A DNA stretch of 64,000 nucleotides from Haplodiscus bocki (lineage: Eukaryota), in assembly GCA_965655095.1 (NCBI GenBank), contig OZ296656.1, positions 40,920,001 to 40,984,000 of the forward strand, in the 5' to 3' direction. Positions 1-14,127 of the stretch are shown here, in pieces. The notes under the pieces are model-generated. The model saw only the letters and a program-made list of their open reading frames with translations, did not search any database and was not told the DNA's origin. Numbering within the stretch: position 1 is the stretch's first letter; each line of letters begins with the position of its first letter. The position numbers and the translations under genes were made by a program.

Positions 1-1459
1 TCACTTTGTTCGGCTTCTTTTCTAATGATTTGATAAGAAATTTCTTTCATGCCTCGACTTTATTGTTGATTTCAAGGTTAGAGTTGACTTTTTAGTTGAA
101 CTGATGTGTTCCCTGATGACGTTTTAGACGCTTCTTGTCGATGTGGTTTTCCAATTCAAAAAGATCCCCTTGGCTTTTGATAATTGGCCTCTTAGTCTTC
201 CCATTCACCTGGTCCTGACGGAAACAAAGCACTGATTCTTTTGTTATTATGTAAAACTCTCGTTCTTCTGTCACTTGTTCCATATCCAAATTGTACTTCG
301 AAAAATTTCTTCCATTCGAATGGATCGTTTGTTACTTCAGTTGAAAAAAAACTGTAAACTAGGTAACATCACGACCAAGTACTTCCTTTATAGGAAAAGA
401 TAAACTTGACGATAAATGGTGGAAGTTTTTGTTATGTGTAAGGCGATAGTGCGTGGGTCGCTTCGAAATGAGATGATTGTTTAAGGGATTTCACTATTTG
501 CTTAATGAAGCTAGCAACGCCACCAGGGATTGTGTTTCTGTTTTTCATGGGAATCTTGTGGAAAATTATACACTCTTTGGATTTGTATGTTTCTGTTTCA
601 TCAATTGTAATTGGAATCCGCTGAATTTTTGGCTCCGGCATTTCTATGCGCTCATCTTTTCGTTGCTTTTCTGTTTTCAGGTATTTGATATTTTCTCGAT
701 GTATTCGATGTTTTCTTTTCTGGTACGGCCTTTTTTTGGTTGAGCCAGAATTGTGTTGATGTGATCTTCTCCACCGCCGATCTCCGAGCTTCAGTCAAAA
801 TCTGAAGATATTTGTTAAGTTTTTCGCAACAATTAAGCTACGTCGAAATGTGGACCTAATTATGGAAGTCTAGCAATCCAATTTTCCGAGTAATTCGAGA
901 GCACATTAGGTTGAGCACGTTTTCCTTTTCTTTTTCTGCCTATCTCCTCAATTTCATAATTTCACCCAATGTCCGATTTGAGATAGGTAAAATAGCTATA
1001 GTTAGTATGATTTTAAGATATTTTTTGACCGATATTTTAAACGAATATTAAATATTCAGATTTGCTATGAGTACTTCAATTTGATTGGCTCAACGGTTGT
1101 AGCTAAACTTACAATTACGCAATCATTACGCAAGAACTTTCGCCATCAATTTTTCGATCTCAATTCTTGTGTGGTAATATGGTATGGAAGAGCAAAACCA
1201 TTGACTTGACTTTATCTAAAACTAACTGCTAACTTTGTGAATCCAAATGTATTTGTAAAGCGCTCTTCTGGTTTGATCGAGTTTCTGTTTGGCTCTTTTC
1301 AACCGTTTTGCTTCCAAGAAGAGTATGAACAAATTCAAACTCAGAAGTACCAACTGACAGAATGTGAACAGTATCCAAAGATGCGATGTTATACAGTCAT
1401 CTGACACAGACGGACCTGTAACAAAATCGTCTATTGAAAATAACCTTCGTTGACTTTGC

Positions 1460-2240
1460 AGGGAAAACTTGCATGCTGCATCCATGCATGCAGACGAACT
1501 TTTTGAAAAATATGGAAAATTCAGGCATTTTGCATCGAAGTTTCAGACAAAACATTCATGCAACATACAAAATTATGCCAGAATTTGCCTGCAATATGGA
1601 AGTTTTTTACAAAACTTTCATGCAAATTTTGAGTGGATGAAAATTTAGGTTAACAAAACTTTGAACAATCTTCATCTAAGCAAAGTTGTAATAGTCATGT
1701 GTTGGCTTTACAACAAATATTTTAACATTAGAACAAACTTCAACCCTACTTTGACGAGAGTCTGTAATCATGGAAAACATTCAGGATTTTCAATTGAAGA
1801 TTATTATTTTTTACCATTCAACATTTCTTTTCTGTATTTTTTTCTGAAATTTGTGTTTTTCTGTACAAAGAAGGTTAAAGATTGTCTAGATTTCCTATTT
1901 TTACCTACTTGTAGACATACGTTCCATATCAAGCCTTTCAAGTTCACAATGAAAAAAAATCCGTGAAATGAATAAGTTATCACCATAACAAAATCTTGAT
2001 TGCACGTATTTAGTGAAGCGTGCATGGAGAACTTTCCATGATTCTAATCATATCTTGTAAAATATGACTGCAATCGCTGCAATCAAATTTTGGAAGTTTT
2101 AGACAAATTTCATGGAAATTTTCCATTTTGCATGAAAAAATCTTGCAAAATTTGTCTGTGTCAAACAAAATATAAGCATGTAAGTTTCTGTCTGAATCAT
2201 GGAAAATCTTGGTTGGATACATGCAGCAACTAGGGAAGCC
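1460..2240. repeat. Degenerate foldback/MITE-like repeat
   Basis: ttcagacaaaacattcatgc (~1542) resembles the reverse complement of gcatgtaagtttctgtctgaa (~2177). Both arms are rich in catgca/ggaaaa motifs. Ends not resolved. Confidence 0.35.
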
Positions 2241-2860
2241 ATACAGAGGGAAAATGGCACAAAACTGCTTGAGCTGGCAGCATGTCACAATGCCGGAATT
2301 AAAGTTTAATTCGGACCAAATTTGCTCTTAGGAGATACAGCGATGATAATGTTATGTACTCAAACTACACGTTTAATTTATTCAAGTGTCTTACCTGAAC
2401 ACTTGTCGATTTAAAATGAGTTTCAGACTCAATGGGACACTTGATTGGTTAACAACCAGGGAAGCCGGCTGTATGTGGAAGATTTTCGCTAAGTGCAGGA
2501 TAACTTAAATTCACCAGAAACACGATCTCAAAGGCGCCAAGTTACACAAAAATTCAAAATGTACACACTCTCGGAAACATATACTCCGAAACAATTTTTA
2601 GCGACGGTAATTGAAACTGGAAAAACAAAAATATCCATTGTCCTCTAGCGTTGCCATAAATTTTTTGGTAGCTTCCCACAGAAAAGAGTTTTGGTTTTGT
2701 GGTTACAATATTTAAATTTTGCTTCTGAAAACCTCCCAAATGCTTTGAATGAAGATACAATTGGGTTCCGGTTCATTACTAAACGTTTCCCCCGGATGGA
2801 AAACTTGCATTTATCTTACAAAAACTCAAACCAAGATGCATTGATGCAATCCACGGTCTT

Positions 2861-3060
2861 NNNNNNNNNNNNNNNNNNNNNNNNNNNNNNNNNNNNNNNN
2901 NNNNNNNNNNNNNNNNNNNNNNNNNNNNNNNNNNNNNNNNNNNNNNNNNNNNNNNNNNNNNNNNNNNNNNNNNNNNNNNNNNNNNNNNNNNNNNNNNNNN
3001 NNNNNNNNNNNNNNNNNNNNNNNNNNNNNNNNNNNNNNNNNNNNNNNNNNNNNNNNNNNN
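2861..3060. other. Assembly gap (200 N)
   Basis: Run of n characters. Confidence 1.
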
Positions 3061-3714
3061 CCCTATTAAAGTGGTGACGAAAATGAAAGTGCCCGCTAAC
3101 AGCTACCAAATGATTTCAGTCGATGCTATCAGGAATGTCCCTAGTCTCCGCTTCAGAGGATTGACGAGAAGGCAATTCAACACAGGAAAGGAGTCTGTGC
3201 GTCAGATTAACAGAATCTTGATCACAGAGCAAATCAGAGACATCATGCAGAACATTGGAAATCCTCGTTAATTGAATGAAACAATGAATCAAATGTCAAA
3301 CCGTATGGGCCAAGTGCTTAAGGTGGCTGGCATGATGGGTAACATGCCTCCTTCACCTGAAATGAATCAAAAAGCTGACAATATGGCTGATCAGATGTCT
3401 AATGACGGACACCGAAACATGAGTGCAAATAACACAATGGAAAATATGGATCAATGGTCCAGCTTTACTCACAATTCGGAAGATGAAGCGAATGCAACTG
3501 TGGATTATTCATCAATTCACCTGTGTGGATGAACAATGTATCGAATTATCTCCAGCACTTGAAGAGCCGAAAGAATGAGAGCAATACAGATTCCGGTTTG
3601 ATTAAACTTGAACTTAAAATCTTTGACGTGCTAAATTTTAATTTTTCGATGGCAAGACCTTTAGAAACTTTTTCGAAAATCTTTGCGAAAAGTCAGCATT
3701 TTTGTTTTTATCCC

Positions 3715-6360
3715 CCCTTTCCAGAAGCCTCAGAAAGTGTCCGCAACAACTTTTGCATGGACGACTATTTAGAGTCAAGTCAGACTGTTGAACAAGCAAC
3801 TCGAAAAACCCAAGATCTCGTGAAGTTGCTCAATCTTAGCATATTTACGCTAACAAAGTTTAAGACAAATGTACCAAGCCATTCATCTCAATTTCAACAG
3901 GACCGCAAACCACCCGAAAATGACATGAAAGTGCTACCGACCATCGCAGACTCGTCCCATGTCTTAGGTCTAGGGTGGAATCATCGAGTTGACACTCTTT
4001 TTCTCAGTCGCGTACCAGTACAGACTTGAACACAGTCATTTTCCAGCAAGTATCCTTAAGTGTTATCTCGTCAGTGTACAACCCCATTGTTCTCGTTACT
4101 CCATAGACCGTGAAAGCCGGTCTTCTACTGAAGGACATCTGGAGATTGAACGGAAAACAATGGAACGATGACATACCCGACGCCATTGTTGCCCAGTTCC
4201 TGGAATGGGGTAAAAAACTACCGCTGCTGAGTGAAATTGCAATTCCGAGAAGCAACTTCCAGGAAACAGTGGAAGGACTGGAATTACACATAGTTGGTGA
4301 CAACTCGCAAGACGTCTTCAGTATGGTAGATTTCCTCCGAGGTAAACTTGTTACCAATGGGACCGAAACAACCGAGTTAGCCTTCATTCTCGGCAAAGCA
4401 AGGGTTGCGCCCATGAGATGTGTAACAATTCCGAAGTTAGTGTTACAAGCTGCTCTGCTAGCATCCCGATTGAGACAGGAAGTGCTACATGCAGTATCAC
4501 TAATGTTCGAAAGATGTTTCATGTGGACTGACAGTACGACCGTACTACAATGGTTGCATTCCCTTGAAAAACAGCCTGTCTTCGTAGCAAACCGTGTGAC
4601 TGAAATTCTGGAACTGATGCTGTTGACGAATGGAATCATGTACGAACGGGTCATAACCCTGCAGACGCTAGCAATCGTGGGTTGTCTGCCACTGCTCTGT
4701 TCGAGAGCAGCTGCTTAAAGGGTCCTGATTTTTCGAGCAATCCTAATTGGCCATTTAGGCTTTGTTCTGACGTTATTACGAAGATAAAATCAAGGAAATT
4801 TGCACCCGGAACCGAAATGCTGAACAAAGAGACCCATGAGATGACGACACTTACAGCACATGTCACCGTCAATGCATCAACTTTCGAGTAGCAAAAGTAC
4901 AGCTCTTACGAATAACTTTTGCGCATTGTGGCGTATACGTTTGGTATTGTGCCAAAATTCAGTGGTAATCGAACCAACAGTGGGTCTATGACCAATTCGG
5001 ACAAGCGCTTAGAGCGCTTAGAAGCTGAACACAGATTGTTCCTTCTTGTACAAACCGAATCGTTTCCTGCTGAGAAAAAGAACTTGCTAAAGTCGTCCCC
5101 CATCACCAAGACTTGGGTACTGGTAACGTTTTCCCCCTAATTGGGCCTAATCAATTGCTTTTTTCAACCAGATGTACTAAACAGTTTAAAATTTCAACTT
5201 CTGATCTGAAACATCCTATTTTGCTTGATAGTCGTCATCTTTTAGTGCATTTATACTTGAAAAAGTAACCAACAAGCACTGCCACCAATGTGTTGATGAT
5301 CTGAGGGCCTTGATTCAATACAGATTTGCCATTGTGAAACTTGGAGCTACATTGAGGTCAATCCAGTCTAGTGCATCACTTGCCGCAAGCGCAAAGCCGT
5401 TACGTACAATCCGATTATGGCTGTTCTCCCGAAGAAGCGCCTGGTCTCCGGTTACCCTCTTTTTGACAACATTGGACTTGATTGTTTTAGCCAGTTCTAT
5501 GCATCAGTGAAACGTTCAACTGGAAAACGTTGGGGACTACTATTCACTTGCTGAACTACTCTCGCCATCTGTTTCGAAGCAGTACCCTCAATGAACACCA
5601 GTAGATGAGTGATGGGCATTGAAATGTTTGCCTCCAGGTGAGGCCTTCCATCCGTCATCTGGTCCGACAACGGGACAAACTTTATTGCCCATGAAAAGTA
5701 TTTTTTCGACAAGATCCTCAATTGGAATTATCAGGTTTCGACCTAAACTTTGGTTAGAAAGTGTATCAAGTGGAAATTCAACCCGCCGAGTGCGCTACAC
5801 CACGGAGGTGATTGGGAACGACTGGTGAGAAAGTTCAAGGATTTTTTCCACGCGATTATTGGGAACAGACGTCTGACCGATTAAATTCTGACGACTAATT
5901 TCTGTCCGGTTGAACAAAGTTTAAACGCTCCCCACTAGTTCCAGCAAGTGCCGATGTCATTGACTTGGATGTCTTGACTCCAAACTACTTCCTGCTAGGA
6001 ACTGCCGGCTCATGTGTACCATGGCTTTTGAGTAGCGACTTTGACCACAGAAAACGTTACGCGCGTGTGCAAGCGTACTCTGATGTCATCTGGAGTCGAT
6101 GGTTGGTATAGTACGTCCCGACTCTGAATTGCCGATCCAAATGGTCTTCTTCGGCCAACCAAGACCTGAAAACCGGTTATATTGAATGGATTGTTGAAGC
6201 AACTAGTCCAAGAGGATACTACCCGCTTACACGTGTGGTTAAACTAAATTATGATACTGGCGCTATTGCTAGATCCGCCGAAATTAAGTCGATGTCGGGA
6301 AACCTGATACGTCCGATTGCAAGACTCGCTCCCGTTCTACCACCCCCCGATCTATCGTAG
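3715..6360 (+). mobile_element. BEL/Pao LTR retrotransposon, degenerate pol (RT C-term, RNase H, integrase)
   Basis: Motifs in the expected order across frameshifts: NNFCMDDYL (RT), VLGLGWN, LLKDIWR..WNDDIP, LELHIVGDNS (RNase H), KARVAPMRCVTIPKL, WTDSTTVLQWL, VFVANRV, WNHVRTGHNPAD, KRWGLLFTC, SDNGTN, WKFNPPSALHHGGDWERLVR (integrase), and terminal LIRPIARLAPVL. These are BEL/Pao hallmarks. Confidence 0.93.
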
Positions 6361-6511
6361 AATTTTTTCGTTGACCATTTGCCGCCGTTATTCAAAAGCA
6401 CTTTGCATAACTCCTCTGACCACGTAATTGATATTGGGAAAGCTTGTAGAAAGCACAATATTGTTTGATTAATTTTCTGATTTTTTTTGGATTTTTTTTG
6501 GGCTCGGAGGA

Positions 6512-6843
6512 TGTTCCGAAGCAATATATATCAGAAAGACATGTAATTTAACGAGGACTGTTGGTCTAGAGGAAGCGTGTCGGCCTGAGATTCCAAGGTC
6601 CGAGGTTCGAATCCCGCTAAAGTTAACAAAATTTCTTTTTCTAAATATCTCAAATAACTTCAAATTTTCGATATAGTTACCTTAAAAATGTCTTGCTATC
6701 GATTCAAACGCATTGTTTACTAATTTTGATAAATGTATTTTTGTTATTTTGCCAGTTGGCCAGTTTTGTTGTGTCGATTAAAACGTTATTCGGGGGCAGA
6801 ACCGAGCTCAAATACACACTGAAATAAATAATATTCAGAAACA
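6512..6843 (+). repeat. Probable 3' LTR of the BEL/Pao element
   Basis: A PPT-like gggctcggagga is immediately followed by TGTT at 6512. AATAAA at ~6823 and a candidate ...AACA end at 6843. The 5' LTR is not in the window, so this cannot be confirmed. Confidence 0.55.
6551..6628 (+). promoter_or_regulatory. tRNA-like/SINE-head Pol III internal promoter (box A + box B)
   Basis: Box A-like tggtctagagg (6562-6572) and perfect box B ggttcgaatcc (6604-6614) at tRNA-like spacing. No complete cloverleaf. Confidence 0.6.
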
Positions 6844-8977
6844 GTCTCTTTAAAACGAGCTGCATAAAGCCGAAGAATTTACACCTTTTCACATTTTTTT
6901 TCTTCTTCATTGAGGTTGTTATGCAAACTGCCGAAATGAAATTGCTATGACTTTATTAAGTGTTATTTTACTTGGCTCGTCTTCTTCAGTTTTCTCTATT
7001 TCTCGGGACAATTTGCTCAACTCCGAGTATAAATTTTTTGTTGTTCATAGGATAAATCTTCAAACCTAACACGTTTATTTCAATTTGAGGTTTGTCCTGT
7101 AACTCTAGGAACTCTTTTCTAAATTCCCCTACCCTATAATAATTACTCAACAACTTTGTTGTTTTTTTTTCACCCTTTGAATTTTCTTTATCATCAGTTC
7201 ATTTCATTTTAACATCTATAAAAACTTGCTTTTGGGTTTTTGTTGTTCAAGAAGGGTTTTGATTGCTTTAGTTTGTTTTTAATTGCTCCATTTGGATCAC
7301 CTTGGGCACTTGTGATATTCAAATTTGGCTTTTTTGAGCTGTAACGATTCGAACATTTTTATCTGCCAGATCCATTACCTTGTATCTTCCTCACAATTTT
7401 TTTTTGAACATAGCAATCGTTCTTTAATTTTTAGCGAACATGTTTTCAGGTTTTCAGCTGACAACCAACTTCTAAAATCGTTTGGCGTGTAGTGGGTTGT
7501 TTAAAAATCAAATATTGGCTCGTGAACCTCAAACTGTGCTTCCTAAAATTCAAAAAGTGATTCTGAGTTTCCTGTGTGGATTTTCAGAGCCCAGTGCAAA
7601 ATCTATAAAAGACTTTTGAAAAGAAATTTAAAAATTTTGCCGACATGCCCAGAAATCAGAATTCAATAAAAGGAGTCTTGTTGCAAGTGAGTGTTGGTGA
7701 AGGTGGAGCTGCATCGAGGTCAAACTTAAAAAAGTGTTGGAAGTCCACATTACTTATATGATGAAATTTAAAAGAAGGCAACTATTCCTGCAATGAAAAA
7801 CTTCCAGACATTGTGAAAACCAATGTCATCTAAAATCGGCCATAGGAAACGTTTTGAGTGTTCACTAGACAAGTCACTAGGAATTAGGTGAAAAGAAAAC
7901 AAACCCTTGAAAGTTTGCACAAATAAATATGTAATCATTCGAAAAACTTTCCCGGAAACAACTTACGAAGAAATCAAAAAGTAAAATAAAATCTCTCGAA
8001 AGCCTTGGAGAACGAATTTGGAGAGGTTATTGAGGACTTTATATCAGAGGCGAGAACTTTTCAACAACCTCTGGAAAATTCACCATCAATAACCTTCAAG
8101 ACACGCATTAGGTTTTCAAAATCTTGACCGGAATGATTTGATTCACACAAATGTCCTCCATCAAATACCGTTCTTTTCCACATTGGAAAAAATCATCAAG
8201 TCTGCATTGATTGGCAATACAAGATCCAGGGCAACGATACGTTTTGTGATGGTTATTGTTTGAACTTCCTTCATCTTCTAAGAATTCTGGAGTCTAAAAG
8301 AGCAGTGCAAAAATTCTTCTCCTAGATAATGTAGGTGTAGAAAAGAACAAAAACGTATGGAAGATATACTAATGATATAATTGCCATTGTCTTATAGACT
8401 ATTCAATCTAAAAAAAACATAAAAATCAAAACACGTCATGGTTCCAATAAGTCAATAAATTACGCCAACTCGGTATTAGGAAACTTTGAAGAAGAGGTTC
8501 GGAGGTGTACAAAAGCACAAGAAATACAAAATTGTTGAGAAAAATTGAAGGTTGAAGATTGTAACCGGTTCGCGATATTTTTTATGCCAGAGACAATTGA
8601 AGTTGTTCCTGTGGATTAGCGTTCACTGCAATATCACTCTCCGAGTTTGTTAGGACTCGGGTTGACCTGACATGCTAATTACTCTGTGCACCATAAACTG
8701 CCATGCAAAAAAAACAGCTTATGGTAATGCCTGCGGTTTCCTGTTTTTTTTCTATGGTCATTGTATGGAAAGTCTGTCAGCCACAAACTTGTGTAGCCAC
8801 TTAGTTACTTTAATCGTTTTTGTATGGTCATCCAATGATTTCCATGTTTTTCTAAGAGTTTTTTTCGCCAAACAAATTTCAATTTTTTATTTACGTAGAT
8901 CCGAATAACGTGAAGGTCTTAAAATCTTCATGACCCGCCAATGGAAATGCCCGTAAGCAACTTTCCCGAGTTTAAAT

Positions 8978-9457
8978 TCCCGGGTTTATGCCAGGGAAGA
9001 GGACTAATACCTTTCTCGTAGTTAGTCCAACAATACATCACTGTAGAAAATACTATTCAGGAATGGGATTTCACAAAATCAAATTTTTAATTTTAGGCCA
9101 CCAAAAATGAACGTAGATGGTGTTTATTATGTTCCCCAGTCACTTTGTTGCCAGAAGTTTTGAACTTCATTCTTTAATGTAATGTTTTTCTTGAGTATTT
9201 TAAGTCAAAATTTGTTCACTGGAATACGTTATCATAAATACGTTATCATAATCTGATAAAATTCGAGCATGCTTTACCATACCATCGCCACGCTATGTTA
9301 CAGTGTATGACTCGCATGAAATCATATTATAGTATGGTCTTCTTATGACTTGTATGTTACTGTAAATTTCTATGGTACTTTCTATCACTTTAATGTTTCC
9401 AGATGTCACCATATACGATATGATTTCCCTGTTTTTTGCAAGATGGTAAACCCGGGA
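8978..9457. mobile_element. Possible MITE
   Basis: 11-bp inverted repeat tcccgggttta (8978-8988) / taaacccggga (9447-9457) around non-coding AT-rich DNA. Confidence 0.3.
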
Positions 9458-10589
9458 GAAAAAGGTAAAACTAATTAAAGAAGTAAACCTTTCTCAAACC
9501 AAAAATAGTCAAACACTTTCAGATTTGTTCAAGGTGTACCAGAAAAGTCTTATTGAAAAAGACACAAATAACAATGCATACAAAAGCATTGCTGATGCAG
9601 GAAAAACATAACAGAATTACTTGGTGTGCCGGTTGGCATAACAACTCCAGAAAGGTCGTATTTAGTGTAGAAAAGTCTTTTTGAAAATTGATATAAAATT
9701 TTTCATGAAACTTTGCGTTCCATATGTAATATGAAATTTTTCTCGACATAGTAGTCTCGAAGTTAACACACCCACGTTGACAGCTGATTTCTTTAAGTAC
9801 CTATCAAACTTTCATAACAGTGATTGATGGTAAAACTTATTTCAGTAAACCTCTGCCAGGGAAAACTCTTTTCTGATGTTTTGTCAAAAAACCGATTGTG
9901 ACAAAAGAAGTTTATAGTTTCTTAAGATTTGCGCCAAAGTACTGTCGCGCGAATGTATGGAAAAGAAAAGAAATTGAACTTGGATTTATCATCTAGTCCT
10001 AAATTTCACTCTCGCTTAGAGCGGTTCGTGACCTCTGCTCCATTTGTTGTTTAAACTAAAACAACGGCTGCGGTGCATCAGTTGTTTTATCAATAAACAG
10101 AAAGAGTCTCTAGAGTTTCACTCTTTCCTACTGCAGGTGCCTTGCTGCCTCGCAAACGAAGATTGCGTAAGTTCAATAGCAAGGACTTCATTAGCGATGA
10201 AAGTGAATAAGAAATTGAAATAGATATTTTTTCAGTTTACAAAGGGAAACAAAATGCGTTCAAGTGAATTGATTTGAAAATGTACGTCTCAGGGGACATA
10301 GTCATAATGACTGTTGGCGAGGAAAGGGGGATTTGTAAAATAACAGCAGCCTGGTTCCGCAAATTCTTACAAACAGTTAATTTCTGCAGCAAAAATTCAA
10401 CACATTTCTATCTCCTCTGTAAAAACGAGAAGATATATCCCTTGTAACTATTTACAAATTTTATGTCTCACCAATTTTAAACATTGAACACAATCATTTT
10501 CTATTTTATCAGCAGTAACAAAAACGTGTTTACAAATCACTGTCTGGAGAAAATAACTCGCAATATTAAAAATTAAGGAACTCGAAACA

Positions 10590-12416
10590 TGTAACAAAGT
10601 TAATAAAAGTTTAAACCACCAATTTTCAGATTTTTTATAAAGATGCTCACAAAATTGCTGAAATTTGTTTCGTCAATTTTAATCAAAATATAAAAATGCG
10701 ACATATAAAACGAACTTTCAGAATTGATCGGAATTAAATTAGAGAATAAAATCAGTTTACGAATGAGTATTTTTGAAGCTTTTAGTTAGAGAAAAAATTG
10801 TGATTTTAGCTTTTTGCAGCATTGCGTTTTCGTTTTTGTGGTTTGTTTGGGTGACATTTTAATTTTTTTCTTTTATTCATACGTAAGTTTCAGTTTTATC
10901 TTTTCTTCTACACTCAGTATTTGGCACTTCGCCGTCAAGTGGTTTGGGTCTCAGGATTCTTTTTTTTCTATTCAGTCATCAAGATATCAAGATCGAGCTG
11001 TGATTTGAACAGAAACGTCTTCAAGTTTTCACTCTTTTGGTATAGACTCTGGTGACCTAATGCCTGCATTCTACTGAGACATACCTCCTACGGTTCTTTT
11101 CTTTGATGAGCGATCAGCATCTCAAGATCAAGCTCTGACTTCGAAGACGAAGTTTACATGTGTTTTAACTTTTCATCTTTTTGAGTTTTTTCTGAACACA
11201 AGTACCATGCCTAACACAGGCTACTTGGTTAGGTCTTTTATTTTGTCCATTTTCTCCAGCTGAGACTAATGTCTAGCGCATTTCATTGAAGGGAAAATTA
11301 ATGGTCCGGCCAAAAATCTACTGCACCTCGTGAATTCACCAAGATTTTATCAGAAAGCCCGAAATCTTATCAGCTTTATTTTAATAGGAATTTTGGTTCG
11401 GAAACCTGCAGTTTTTCAAGTCTGGATTCATGCAAAAAGTGTTAGAACTGACCAGAGAGGTGTACTCAATCTGGACAAAAATTGTCACCAACGGATACCG
11501 TTGATGGAGTCGGTTGATCTGCACGTTGTTCCGGAGCTTCCAAAATTTGACCGCTGCTAGAATATAAAAGGAAAATTTAGACTGAGACAGAAACTGAATT
11601 TGTCCTAGAATGATTTGCAAAAGGGACGGTTTCTGCCTATTTGGCCCGTAATTGGGATTTTAGAATGAATTCTAAGTTACCACGGCAGCAGACGAGGTGA
11701 GACTTAGTCTAGGTAACGCCATTTAAGTACCTTCCGATGCAAATGTGCAGTTTAAGATTCATTCTAGCTTCAGAGCCGAAGTTCGTCCACGGAATCCGCA
11801 CACGCCAATACTTAAGTCGGCGTTAGTAGACACTGTTTATACGCCACTGGCAGGAGTATGGAATGGGTAAGCAAAGAGAGGGAATTTTGATAACTCAGAA
11901 GGAAAGTTGCATTCAATATAAGTTTGTCCACAATGGCAAAGAGAGAAGAGGGTTTTGGATTTAGAATAGTTTTGTTCAAACAAGCAAAGAGGGAGGAAAA
12001 ATTGGACTTGGAATAATTTGTCCAAGTAGGGAGAGAAAGGTGAAGGGGAATGAGATTTAGAAAAAACTGTCCAAAAGAAAGGGAGAAGCGGAAGTTGGAC
12101 TGAAAGTTTTTTGTCCAGGAGAGTAACGAGGAGAACAAAAGAAGAAATTGGAAGTCAGAAGTGGAATGAGGAGTCCCGTCCGTTAAGCGGGAAAGAAAAT
12201 TATGATCGAGTTGGTTTCGCAGATGGTCTCCAAACTTACAACATGCTGCTTTTTAAATTACCCATGGGAAATCGACTCGTACCAAGCATGTTAGCAGCTG
12301 GAGCCAATAGAAAAGTAGCTCTAGTTAGTTTTTGTGCAAAACAATTTTATGCAATCCCAACAGTTCCTTCATTCCACCAGCTTTTTAAATTTCTGTTTTA
12401 ATATCCACCATCAACA
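10590..12416 (+). repeat. Dispersed repeat, probable long solo LTR (copy 1)
   Basis: Starts tgtaac and has a candidate end ...tcaaca. Shares collinear blocks with 62.9-64.0 kb (tatagactc..ctactgagac; agtaccatgc..acacaggctacttggtta; acggataccgt.gatgga.tcg; ttgtccagg..gagtaacgag). Contains ~47-bp purine-rich tandem units at 11.9-12.1 kb. Confidence 0.55.
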
Positions 12417-14127
12417 TAACTTCACAGGGTTAGCTTTAATTAATTAACGTTTCACTTTATTCAATGTTCAAGCGTTATGTGTAACGCGATAGTACTTTTC
12501 AGTAAAGTAAAGTTAATAACATCAACTAATCAACAACGGATGAATGTTGATAATCTGCATTCTATCTCAATGATGTTTGAATTTACAAAAGTTACAGTCG
12601 AAATAGTGAGGTAACATTTGGTTTAGAGAGAAGTCTACTAAAAACAAATCAGCTAACGAGTAACAGATCAGAAAAAGCAACATATTTCAATCGGGTTAGG
12701 AGATTTGACCTCGTCGGATTTTCCTATCTATAAACGTTTACATGTTGAGCAGCATATACTGTAAGTTCGGAAAAGAGCAATAGCCTTGGCGTTAACCTAA
12801 GAGTTATTGGTTTAGCTTCTATGAAGATGACTGTTATGTATATCGGTTGATAACCAGAGCACTTCGCCCCAAGGCAGTTGAGTTAACAAACATTCAGCCA
12901 AATGAATCATTAACAAAACTCTTCTCACTGGAGTGAAGTGTCTTTTAAGAAGATGTGAAACAAGAAATCATTGGACCCTTAAACTTGGTACGAACTCTTT
13001 TTGCTCTTCTAGTTCTATTATCAGTGTCCCATCATGGGTGAGCCTCATTTTATGAGTGATCATTGCTTTCTTGGGTGACCATTTTATGAGTAGGAATGAA
13101 GTTATTTGTTTTGGTTTGCCTCAAACTGATCGAGTCTTCGGTCAACACTCAATTAGCCCTGATGTATGCACCATAGATTCAGTTTTCTATCCTGATAACA
13201 GTTCAACTTGTGAATATGATGGAAAATAACTGTCATTGAACAAATTTTGACATACATTTAAATAATTCTCAGACACTCCGATTGCATTTTAGATTCACTG
13301 GAAATCCTAACATTAATGGTTATGCTACTTGTGCGCGAGCTTTAACCAACAGAATATCTAGTTTAAACTCTGATGCCCAAAATCGTTTCGACCAAATATA
13401 GTTTTTTTCTATTCGGTTTGATAAACCTTCTTAGCTAAACGTAGTTAAATCTCTACATAAAGATACGCGATGCATGTCAAAATCGAAGTTAATTGTTTCA
13501 ACTCGTTATGGAAGTTCAAATCCAATACAGACACATTTCATTCGAAATCAGGTTCCTATGTATGTTTATCCCATGAACAAAAATTTTTTTCTAATCATTT
13601 AACATTGTTTCTCATCAAACGGATTTAATGCGATTTTGTCTTCTAGCCAATCTGTTAATTGATGGCTAAAGCATCTGAGAAAGAAATTATCGGAAATTTT
13701 TAAGCTACAATCGACTGCGTTTTGAATTCCTTTCCTTTTCAGTACTTCCTAAATCTTCGCAAAGCTTGCTTCCAGAAACAAGAAAGACTTTGATTTTAAA
13801 ACTGTAAAATCATTGATTTCAGGATGAGATAAAATTCTACGTTGACTAAGTCTTTATCACTGTTTTTGTTCTACCAGAGCAGTTACTTTTCATATGTTGA
13901 CAGAGATAATTCTCAAAAGGTCTGTTGTATCAAAATGGCTGTCTGTATAGTATGCTGTACACATTTCTGTAGTTTTTATGTAAATCGGTAGGAAGATTAT
14001 TTAAACCTTTAAACGGTATCAGTCTCCTCTTTGTAACTGCACAGCTTGTTTTTTTTTAAACTTCCACCTTAAACAATGTAGCTGTGAGAGGCTCTTCTGG
14101 GTCTGAATCAACTGAATTGCGGAACTG

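Noticed and set aside
3071-3532. Met/Asn/Gln-rich ORFs next to the gap
   Set aside because: Low complexity, interrupted by a stop, adjacent to the N gap, and no recognisable domain.
6551-6628. Functional tRNA gene
   Set aside because: Box A and B are present, but acceptor and anticodon stems do not form a convincing cloverleaf.
7600-8330. Coding-like remnant (e.g. KALENEFGEVIEDF)
   Set aside because: No diagnostic motif or sustained frame.
12600-13600. Possible decayed viral or transposon ORF
   Set aside because: Too degenerate to assign by eye.
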